NCBI GenBank assembly: GCA_964552275.1
Contig: CAZKFS010000002.1
Location: 1 to 34,428, forward strand
DNA: 34,428 nt
Reading direction: 5' to 3'
Source of the DNA: an uncultured Candidatus Saccharibacteria bacterium
Lineage (GTDB): Bacteria; Patescibacteriota; Minisyncoccia; Phycocordibacterales; DATDWN01
Position 1 is the first letter of the stretch. Every line of letters starts with the position of its first letter. A program made the position numbers and the translations under genes. The notes under the pieces were generated by a model that searched no databases, was not told the DNA's origin, and saw only the letters and a list, made by a program, of their open reading frames with translations. This document shows positions 1 to 6,272 of this stretch, one piece after another.

Positions 1-2
1 GG

Positions 3-653
3 TTGAAAGAAGTTGGTATAAATATGGTAAGTATTGCAAATAACCACAGTCATGACTGTTTTGCAAAAGGTTTTGAAAGTACTAAAGAAAAATTGACTGA
101 AGCGGGGATAGACTACATGGGGGAGGTTGAGTTGTCAAAAACTTATAAAATAAAAAAAGTTAACGGGAAAAATATTGTGTTTGTTGGAATAGACACACTC
201 ACATCTCCTATAGGGGTTTCTGATTTTTATCCACTGATAAAGAAACTTAAATCTGAAAATGATTACGTTCTAGTTAACATTCATTGGGGAGAAGAGTACA
301 ATCTCGGTTTCACACAAGAGCAGAGAAATATTGGCCGTAAGCTCATAGATAGTGGTGCTGATGTTGTTTTCGGACATCATCCACATGTTATAGAACCAAC
401 AGAGATATATAACAGCAAAGTTATATTTTATTCGCTTGGGAATTTTGTTTTTGATCAGGATTTTGGTGATACAAAAGTTGGTTTTGGTGCAGGAGTAGAG
501 TTTTACAAAGATAAAAAAGTTTTCACTATCTTTCCATACAACATGAGAAAGTTTGCTCCAGAATTTATGAAAGATAAAGAAAGAGATGATTTTTGCGAAA
601 AACATTTGAAAAATTTAATCCAACAGGGTTGCAATTTTGAACTGAAAATATAA
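3..653 (+). CDS. CapA/PgsA-family (metallophosphatase-like, capsule/poly-gamma-glutamate synthesis family) protein, C-terminal part; 5' end lies outside the window
   Basis: ORF is open to the window edge. It carries the family-typical motifs ANNHSHD, GHHPHV and YSLGNFVFDQ and uses AT-rich backbone codons. Confidence 0.7.
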   Translation: MKEVGINMVSIANNHSHDCFAKGFESTKEKLTEAGIDYMGEVELSKTYKIKKVNGKNIVFVGIDTLTSPIGVSDFYPLIKKLKSENDYVLVNIHWGEEYNLGFTQEQRNIGRKLIDSGADVVFGHHPHVIEPTEIYNSKVIFYSLGNFVFDQDFGDTKVGFGAGVEFYKDKKVFTIFPYNMRKFAPEFMKDKERDDFCEKHLKNLIQQGCNFELKI

Positions 654-679
654 TATAAAAAGTAGAGATTGGGGGGTGC

Positions 680-1177
680 ATGGAAGATTTCGAAGGGATG
701 TTCGGTGTCACCAAGAGAGGGGCTCTAGAGTTCTTTCGGGTTCATCTGGTTGATGTCGCATCGCGACCCTTGGATGAGGACCAGCTTTTGTATAATGCAA
801 GCATCCTTGCGCATTATGCACAAGTCTCGACACAGTCTACCGGCGGATTTCCAGCGCCAAAGTGTTTAGTTGGAGTGTTTGATCAGTTCGTTCTGGACAC
901 TTCAATGGGTGAAGATCCTGAAGTGATGGAAGTCGCTGGTGCCGAATGTCTTTTCTTGGTCGGGTTCTTTGAGGATCAGATGCGCAGGCGTCATTCAATT
1001 CCTTGGTATTCAGAACTGGGCGCAACTTTTTTCTTCAAGGCTTCATTAAACAAGAAGTCTAGGAAAAGAGCTCTTTTCTTCGAGGCTTTAGCAAGGGATT
1101 TTGAAGATTGGCGTCGACTCTACGCACGCTTGAGTCGGGAACTTCGGGACCAGAGGTATCTACTCAGACCACAATGA
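680..1177 (+). CDS. hypothetical protein, 165 aa (GC-rich island A)
   Basis: ATG 680 is preceded by a GGGGGGTG SD-like run a few nt upstream. TATAAT at 649-654 overlaps the capA-like stop codon. G+C is 32/60 at 721-780 against AT-rich flanks. A hairpin terminator follows. No family recognised. Confidence 0.6.
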   Translation: MEDFEGMFGVTKRGALEFFRVHLVDVASRPLDEDQLLYNASILAHYAQVSTQSTGGFPAPKCLVGVFDQFVLDTSMGEDPEVMEVAGAECLFLVGFFEDQMRRRHSIPWYSELGATFFFKASLNKKSRKRALFFEALARDFEDWRRLYARLSRELRDQRYLLRPQ

Positions 1178-1190
1178 ACTTCACACCAAC

Positions 1191-1228
1191 GGGGCCAGGC
1201 TTGAACAGTCTTGGCCCCTTCGTTTATA
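1191..1228 (+). terminator. hairpin terminator of island A
   Basis: Stem GGGGCCAGG (1191-1199) pairs with CTTGGCCCC (1210-1218), with one G-U pair and loop cTTGAACAgt. It is followed by TTCGTTTATATTT. Confidence 0.65.
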
Positions 1229-1257
1229 TTTAATGTTTTTGATGTATAATTCTTTTA

Positions 1258-1842
1258 ATGACAAAGCTTTTGGATTTTATTAAAAAATATTGGATTGTTA
1301 TATTGGCTACTGTTTTAATCTTGGTTGCAACTGCTCTTATTGAAATGAATTCTGGCAGATCTTTGTTTGGTCCATCTGGCAAGTTTGGTTTTTGGGAGGG
1401 AAGTGTTTGGAGTAGTGAAAACTCACAGCGAGTGGCAGATGCTTATACTTTTTCCCACATTATTCACGGGATGGTTTTCTACGGGTTCCTCTGGTTGGTG
1501 GCTAGGCGAGTTCCTGTAAAATATCGTTTTATATTTGCTCTGCTTATCGAAGCTGGTTGGGAACTACTTGAAAACTCACCGATTATTATAGATCGATACC
1601 GTGCAGTCACTATATCTCTAGGGTATGTTGGTGATAGTGTTTTGAATTCTGTATCAGATATTGTATTTGCTGGAATTGGTTTCTGGATATCGAGGTATTC
1701 AAAGTTTTGGGTTTCTGTTTTTCTCATTATTCTGATGGAGCTCGGATGTTTGTTCTGGGTTAGAGACAACCTGACTTTGAATGTAGTTATGCTCGCTTAT
1801 CCGCTCGATAGTATAAAAGTCTGGCAGTCTGTTGGACATTAG
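1258..1842 (+). CDS. DUF2585/UPF0314-family integral membrane protein
   Basis: Contains SSENSQ..D.YTFSHIIHG, LENSPIIIDRYR and VRDNLTLNV blocks that I recall as UPF0314 signatures. Multiple TM segments. TATAAT at 1245-1250 lies only 7 nt before the ATG and there is no SD. Confidence 0.7.
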   Translation: MTKLLDFIKKYWIVILATVLILVATALIEMNSGRSLFGPSGKFGFWEGSVWSSENSQRVADAYTFSHIIHGMVFYGFLWLVARRVPVKYRFIFALLIEAGWELLENSPIIIDRYRAVTISLGYVGDSVLNSVSDIVFAGIGFWISRYSKFWVSVFLIILMELGCLFWVRDNLTLNVVMLAYPLDSIKVWQSVGH

Positions 1843-1898
1843 TTTGGTTGTGATATAATTATCTAATAATTTATTCATTAAGTTTTAATTTTTAAAAT

Positions 1899-2219
1899 AT
1901 GTCAGAAAATAATCAAAACAATAGTTGTCAGGTTTGTGGTTCTGGAAATGGTCGCTGTGGTTCATGTGGAAATATGTGTGGTTTCGGTAAACACAATCTC
2001 CTAAGATGGATATTAGGCATTATCATTATCACTTGGATTTTTTCTATTGGTATGAAGTTCGGTGAAATAAAAGCTCAGCTACACGGTTCTTCTTATGGTT
2101 ATAAAAGTATGAGAGTTTCACCTATGATGGGTGGTGCCACTTGGGATCAAAACACAGTTTTTTTCTCAGAGGCAGTTCCAGCAACTCAAGCTGGTTCGGT
2201 TAGAGTTATAAAGAACTAA
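1899..2219 (+). CDS. hypothetical small membrane-anchored protein with Cys-rich N-terminus
   Basis: 106 aa. The N-terminus CQVCGSGNGRCGSCGNMCG is followed by one hydrophobic helix. Backbone codon usage. A terminator lies directly downstream. Confidence 0.55.
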   Translation: MSENNQNNSCQVCGSGNGRCGSCGNMCGFGKHNLLRWILGIIIITWIFSIGMKFGEIKAQLHGSSYGYKSMRVSPMMGGATWDQNTVFFSEAVPATQAGSVRVIKN

Positions 2220-2220
2220 C

Positions 2221-2258
2221 AAACTAAAACAGCTCCCGCAAGGGAGTTGTTTTAGTTT
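2221..2258 (+). terminator. long hairpin terminator with GCAA loop
   Basis: AAACTAAAACAGCTCCC - GCAA - GGGAG(T)TGTTTTAGTTT. It begins 2 nt after the stop of the 1899-2219 ORF, and its 3' arm is T-rich. Confidence 0.65.
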
Positions 2259-2259
2259 T

Positions 2260-2284
2260 ACTAACATTTTTCTAAAATGTTAGT
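2260..2284. promoter_or_regulatory. perfect 11-bp inverted repeat (ACTAACATTTT tct AAAATGTTAGT), candidate operator or hairpin immediately upstream of the SGNH hydrolase gene
   Basis: Read directly from the sequence. It ends 8 nt before ATG 2293. Confidence 0.4.
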
Positions 2285-2292
2285 ATTAAATC

Positions 2293-2919
2293 ATGACAAG
2301 GAATAACCTAATCACAGTTTTTGTTTTGATCGGTCTACTTATCTTTGGTTTTTGGTATTTTATTTTCAATAAAGAAGACAAAATTAAAAACTACCCATCT
2401 TCTGGGACAGATATTATTGCTTTTGGAGACAGTTTGATAGAAGGTGTTGGAGCAAGTTCTTCAGAAAATAACTTTGTTTCTATTTTGTCTAAAAAAATCG
2501 GTAGACCAATAGTTAACCTGGGCGTATCTGGAAACACAACCGAGGATGGATTGAACAGAATATCTGAGTTAGACAAATATGATCCAAAAGTAGTCCTGCT
2601 TCTTCTCGGAGGTAACGATCATTTGAAAAAAGTCCCAATAGAAACCACTTTCAGTAATTTGGAGAAAATTATACAAAACATACAGGCTAGAGGAGCTGTA
2701 GTTGTTGTGCTCGGTGTGCGGGGCAATCTGTTTGGGGACAAGTTTGCTCCAGAGTTTAAGGAAATAAAAAATAAATATCAGGCAGCCTACGTGCCAGATG
2801 TCTTGGATGGGTTGTTCGGTAATACAAAATACATGTCTGACGTCGTTCATCCGAACAATGCTGGGTATCAAATAATCGCTGACAGGGTTTACGAAGTTGT
2901 GAGGGGAGTTCTAAATTAG
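2293..2919 (+). CDS. SGNH/GDSL-family hydrolase (arylesterase/lipase-like) with N-terminal membrane anchor
   Basis: Block I is FGDSLIEG, block III is GGNDHL and block V is DVVHPNNAGY. The N-terminus is hydrophobic. Confidence 0.8.
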   Translation: MTRNNLITVFVLIGLLIFGFWYFIFNKEDKIKNYPSSGTDIIAFGDSLIEGVGASSSENNFVSILSKKIGRPIVNLGVSGNTTEDGLNRISELDKYDPKVVLLLLGGNDHLKKVPIETTFSNLEKIIQNIQARGAVVVVLGVRGNLFGDKFAPEFKEIKNKYQAAYVPDVLDGLFGNTKYMSDVVHPNNAGYQIIADRVYEVVRGVLN

Positions 2920-2938
2920 TTTATCCACAGTCTTTTTG

Positions 2939-2968
2939 TTGACTGGTGAACCCTAGTTCACCTATAAT
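2939..2968 (+). promoter_or_regulatory. sigma70-type promoter of the small-ORF/lexA operon (TTGACT - 18 nt - TATAAT)
   Basis: TTGACT at 2939-2944 and TATAAT at 2963-2968. The spacer is entirely occupied by the SOS-box palindrome. Confidence 0.65.
2945..2962. promoter_or_regulatory. LexA operator (Cheo-type SOS box, GAAC-N4-GTTC) within palindrome GGTGAAC CCTA GTTCACC
   Basis: GAAC at 2948-2951 and GTTC at 2956-2959. This matches the Gram-positive SOS-box core CGAACnnnnGTTCG. It sits between the -35 and -10 elements upstream of lexA. Confidence 0.7.
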
Positions 2969-3015
2969 GTAAGTATCAAAAGTACAACATTATAAGTTTA
3001 ATAATCACCAAAAAC

Positions 3016-3216
3016 ATGAGTAAACAAAATTTAGAAAGAGAGTTGAAGAGGGAACTAGAAGCTCTAAACGAGGTTATCGACAAAAGAATAATAAGAGGTC
3101 TCTCATATGCAAAGGAGGCCAGAAGACACAAGTTTGTTTTATCTAGTTTGTCGAACCTACGCAGAGCTAGATCAAACTGGATGACAAGATCGTTTTCATC
3201 ATTTTCTCTAATATAA
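3016..3216 (+). CDS. hypothetical small basic coiled-coil protein, 66 aa, first gene of the lexA operon
   Basis: ATG 3016 lies downstream of the SOS-box promoter, and the stop is 4 nt before the lexA ATG. Charged helical N-terminal half. No family recognised. Confidence 0.5.
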   Translation: MSKQNLERELKRELEALNEVIDKRIIRGLSYAKEARRHKFVLSSLSNLRRARSNWMTRSFSSFSLI

Positions 3217-3220
3217 AAAT

Positions 3221-3802
3221 ATGAGTGAACAAGTCTATACAAATCATAAAAATAAGATTTTAGATTTTTACAGAAAAAACAGACGTTTGCCTGGATATAA
3301 AGAAATGATGACTCTTTTGGGTTTCAAATCCAAAAATGCAGTTTATAAACTTATAAACAAATTGGTTGATGATGGAGTTGTCGACAAAGATTCTAGTGGG
3401 AAGCTCACCCCGATGAAGATTTTTGGCCAAGTTCCACTTCTTGGGCTAGTAGAAGCTGGCATCCCTACTTCTGTGGATGAAGATACTTCTGAATCTCTGA
3501 ACATAGATGAATATCTTGTTGGTGGGAGCAAAGCCTCGACTTATCTTCTAGAGGTCAAAGGTGATTCCATGATAGACGAAGGTATAAGGGAGGGTGATCT
3601 GGTTGTTGTGGAGAGAAGGGGTAATCCAAAAGACGGAGACATAGTTATAGCCGAAGTTGATGGTGGTTGGACTATGAAATATTTTAAAAAGAAGGGGAAC
3701 CTTATCTACTTGAAACCTGCCAATAAAAACTATTCGCCAATATACCCTCAGTATGATCTAAAGGTGGCTGCCATAGTAAAAGGCGTTATTCGTAAATACT
3801 AG
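3221..3802 (+). CDS. lexA: LexA repressor (S24 peptidase, SOS regulator)
   Basis: N-terminal winged-helix region. Ala-Gly cleavage site in VEAGIP. Catalytic Ser in KGDSM and Lys in WTMKYF. Confidence 0.9.
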   Translation: MSEQVYTNHKNKILDFYRKNRRLPGYKEMMTLLGFKSKNAVYKLINKLVDDGVVDKDSSGKLTPMKIFGQVPLLGLVEAGIPTSVDEDTSESLNIDEYLVGGSKASTYLLEVKGDSMIDEGIREGDLVVVERRGNPKDGDIVIAEVDGGWTMKYFKKKGNLIYLKPANKNYSPIYPQYDLKVAAIVKGVIRKY

Positions 3803-3816
3803 ATTTGTAAAATATT

Positions 3817-3825
3817 TGTTATAAT
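3817..3825 (+). promoter_or_regulatory. extended -10 element TGtTATAAT; the ATG at 3832 is 6 nt downstream (leaderless candidate)
   Basis: Read directly from the sequence. No SD lies between the element and the ATG. Confidence 0.45.
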
Positions 3826-3831
3826 TTGGTC

Positions 3832-4674
3832 ATGGGTAGATTTAAAGCCAGCAAGTTAATAGCGATAGAGTCTTGGGGGGTTTTGAGGCACGACAAAGAA
3901 ATGCTACTTTTTCCTTTGTTGTCGGTTGTTCTAAGTTTTGCACTAACAGCAGTATTTCTCCTTTTTATTTTCTTTTCAGTTCTAGGTGGTGACTGGATGC
4001 AAATAAAAAACATTGAAGCTAATGAGCTAGATCCTATGGCTTATGTGCTTTTCTTTGTGTTTTATGTATTAAATTTTTTTATTATCAACTTTTTCCAGTC
4101 AGCTGTATTTATTATGACCAACGCTAGGTTTAGCGGACAAGATCATACTTTCAGTCAAACTCTCAAAGAGACCATGACAAGAGTCGATAGGATTTTTATT
4201 TGGTCTTTGATATCAGCAACAGTTGGTATTATTTTAAAAATTATTTCTGATAAATTTAAACAAATAGGTATTATAGTTTCTATGATTTTTGGATCAGCTT
4301 GGTCCGTACTAACTTATTTTAGTTTACCTTCTTTGGTTATAGGACAAACAACTGTTACCGGGTCTTTCAAGGAGTCTGCTTCCTTAATAAGAAAAACTTG
4401 GGGGGAAACAATCATAATCAATTTCGGTGCAGGTTTGTTTTTTGGAGTTTTGAACATACTCACTATTTTTGTTTGTTTAGGATTGGCTCTCCTCATTCCC
4501 GAAGCAACTGTTTTCTTTGTCTTGGTACTCATTGTTCTTTTAGTTCTTATTACTACCATATCTTCAATACTTGGTTCTATATTTAAACTCGCTATTTATC
4601 AGTATGCCAAAACAGGAGTTATTCCTCAGAGTTTTTCTTCAGAACTTGTCTTAAATGCAATAAAAAGTAAATAA
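3832..4674 (+). CDS. polytopic membrane protein (DUF6159-like), about 280 aa
   Basis: Six or more hydrophobic helices. The start is ATG 3832 (a TTG at 3826 is also in frame). The stop overlaps the next ATG in TAATG. Confidence 0.6.
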   Translation: MGRFKASKLIAIESWGVLRHDKEMLLFPLLSVVLSFALTAVFLLFIFFSVLGGDWMQIKNIEANELDPMAYVLFFVFYVLNFFIINFFQSAVFIMTNARFSGQDHTFSQTLKETMTRVDRIFIWSLISATVGIILKIISDKFKQIGIIVSMIFGSAWSVLTYFSLPSLVIGQTTVTGSFKESASLIRKTWGETIIINFGAGLFFGVLNILTIFVCLGLALLIPEATVFFVLVLIVLLVLITTISSILGSIFKLAIYQYAKTGVIPQSFSSELVLNAIKSK

Positions 4675-4931
4675 TGAAATCTTTTACTGGCAGAGTTAAA
4701 GATGTGGTTAGGAGTATAAAGAAGGGTAAAACACTTACATATAAAGAAGTTGCAAAAAAAGCTGGCAACATAAATGCTAGTCGTGCAGTCGGTAGTATCA
4801 TGAAGAAGAATTTTGACCCAGAAATTCCTTGTCATAGGGTTATAAGGTCAGACGGTACCGTGGGGGAGTACAATCGTGGAGGCACAGAAAAGAAAAAGAG
4901 TATTTTAAAAAAGGAGGGTGTTATATTTTAA
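4674..4931 (+). CDS. MGMT-family DNA-binding domain protein (minimal O6-alkylguanine-DNA alkyltransferase domain, 85 aa)
   Basis: Active-site motif PCHRV with the cysteine retained. The helix-turn-helix stretch YKEVAKKAGN..ASRAVG is typical of Ogt/Ada C-terminal domains. Confidence 0.8.
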   Translation: MKSFTGRVKDVVRSIKKGKTLTYKEVAKKAGNINASRAVGSIMKKNFDPEIPCHRVIRSDGTVGEYNRGGTEKKKSILKKEGVIF

Positions 4932-4982
4932 TAAAAATTTAAAAATGTTATAATATTTTTATTAGAATTTAATATATATTTT

Positions 4983-5375
4983 ATGTTAGCTATAATCATT
5001 GCTTCAGTTGCCGTCTTTGCCTTCGGTGCTTTCTGGTTTACAGTTTTGTTCGGTAAAAAGTGGGCAGAACTTATGGATTTTAATCCAGCAAGTAACGATA
5101 AGTATAAAGATATGGGCATGGCAAAACCTCTAGTTTTGAACTTTTTAACAAATGTTATTATAGCTGGAGTAGTTTATTCTGTTTTACCTCAAATACTATC
5201 TTTGGGTATACCAGCTTACAAAGCCCTTCTGGTTATATGGCTTGGTTTCAGTTTTCCTATTTTTGCTAACGCAGCTATTTGGGAGAGAAAATCTTGGAAG
5301 TTGGTGGTTATAAATTCTGCTCAGAGTTTAATATCGTTATTTATTCTTGCTTCTATTATTTATTACATGCAGTAA
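4983..5375 (+). CDS. small membrane protein (DUF1761-like), 130 aa
   Basis: Four hydrophobic helices. The family assignment is from memory only. Confidence 0.5.
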   Translation: MLAIIIASVAVFAFGAFWFTVLFGKKWAELMDFNPASNDKYKDMGMAKPLVLNFLTNVIIAGVVYSVLPQILSLGIPAYKALLVIWLGFSFPIFANAAIWERKSWKLVVINSAQSLISLFILASIIYYMQ

Positions 5376-5381
5376 ATTGTT

Positions 5382-5630
5382 GTGAGGATACTTGTTAAAG
5401 TTAAGGCTGGTGCAAAAGAAAACAAAGTGATCCCACCAGTCCCGAGGCTTTTGGATGTCGAAGATGAGAAAAGTTACTTTGCGGTTTTTGTAAAAGAGTT
5501 GCCAATAAACGGCAAGGCAAATGACTCTGTAATAAAAGCTCTGGCTGAATATTTTTCTGTAACCCTGTCTCAGGTTAAGTTATTGAGAGGATCCTCCTCC
5601 AAAATAAAAGTTTTTGAGATTTATAACTGA
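5382..5630 (+). CDS. DUF167 (YggU-like) family protein
   Basis: GTG start. The N-terminus ILVKVKAGAKENKV and the C-terminal KLLRGSSSKIKVFEI resemble the YggU family pattern. Confidence 0.65.
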   Translation: MRILVKVKAGAKENKVIPPVPRLLDVEDEKSYFAVFVKELPINGKANDSVIKALAEYFSVTLSQVKLLRGSSSKIKVFEIYN

Positions 5631-5646
5631 TTAATATAAGACAACG

Positions 5647-5664
5647 CCCCGGATCTCTCCGGGG
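5647..5664. terminator. GC hairpin CCCCGGA tctc TCCGGGG between convergent genes
   Basis: Read directly from the sequence. It lies 17 nt after the DUF167 stop and 32 nt after the stop of the minus-strand island B ORF. The U-tract is weak. Confidence 0.5.
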
Positions 5665-5695
5665 ACGTCAGGTTGTACTGGAAAAAACTTTAACC

Positions 5696-5878
5696 TTAGG
5701 TTGTTGAGGGCGTTTCCATCTCCTTCTTGATCTTTGTGAGGAGATTGTTCCTGGCCTCATCTGGAGTAGCCCCTGCTGCTGTCATTGCAGGAGATTCCCT
5801 CAAGGTTGCACGCCACCCATTTCTGGTGGGGACGTATCTGATCCGCTCTTCAGACATATTTAGTTTTTCCAACTCCAC
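5696..5878 (-). CDS. hypothetical small protein, up to 60 aa (GC-rich island B), weak HicB/UPF0150-like resemblance
   Basis: The pattern ..GW.A.L.E.P.....G.TP.EA..NL...I resembles HicB-type antitoxin N-domains. Start uncertain: GTG 5878 or ATG 5857. C/G-ending codons. Confidence 0.45.
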   Translation of the reverse strand: MELEKLNMSEERIRYVPTRNGWRATLRESPAMTAAGATPDEARNNLLTKIKKEMETPSTT

Positions 5879-5913
5879 ACCTCTTTCTTGGGCACGAGAA
5901 GTCCATTTGAAAT

Positions 5914-5940
5914 CTTATATTTATATATGGTAAAGGTCAA
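5914..5940 (-). promoter_or_regulatory. candidate promoter of island B (TTGACC ... TATAAG/TAAGAT on minus strand)
   Basis: The reverse complement of 5935-5940 is TTGACC and that of 5914-5919 is TATAAG. Spacer is 15-17 nt depending on the hexamer chosen. Confidence 0.4.
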
Positions 5941-6020
5941 TCTAAAATACAGGTTGGATTGTTAACATCTATGTCAAATCGACTGTGAGTAGTATGTGGA
6001 TAAGTTCATTGACATAGTTG

Positions 6021-6050
6021 TTGACAAAATATACCTACTTGACGTATACT
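6021..6050 (+). promoter_or_regulatory. candidate rpoB-leader promoter (TTGACA - 18 nt - TATACT)
   Basis: TTGACA at 6021-6026 and TATACT at 6045-6050. Two further TTGAC motifs at 6009 and 6039. Confidence 0.5.
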
Positions 6051-6182
6051 CTCTTTAGCTTCACGCGATTGAGTTTTGTCTGGTGGTGAAGGAGAATTAC
6101 AGGTTTTCTAGATAACCTGTATGGTTAATAAGTTCTCACACTATTTTGGTTTTAAATCAATAACAAACAAATAAACAAATTA

Positions 6183-6210
6183 TAGACCTTTGGGGAAAGG
6201 CCTATTTTTT
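6183..6210 (+). terminator. intrinsic terminator/attenuator inside the rpoB leader
   Basis: Stem TAGACCTTT / AAAGGCCTA with one mismatch and a GGGG loop, followed by TTTTTT at 6205-6210. It is flanked by complementary A-rich (6158-6182) and T-rich (6205-6232) tracts and lies 63 nt upstream of the rpoB ATG. Confidence 0.6.
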
Positions 6211-6272
6211 GTTTATTGTTTTGTTTGGTTTTATTTTATTAAAGGAGGGGGTTAATTAAAGTACAACATTTT

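Noticed and set aside
2976-3242. 88-aa minus-strand ORF opposite the small ORF/lexA start
   Set aside because: It is antisense to the SOS-box-driven operon and has no promoter or SD of its own.
6121-6174. 17-aa ORF (MVNKFSHYFGFKSITNK) in the rpoB leader as a leader peptide
   Set aside because: There is no SD within reach and no codon run suggestive of attenuation. It cannot be supported from sequence alone.
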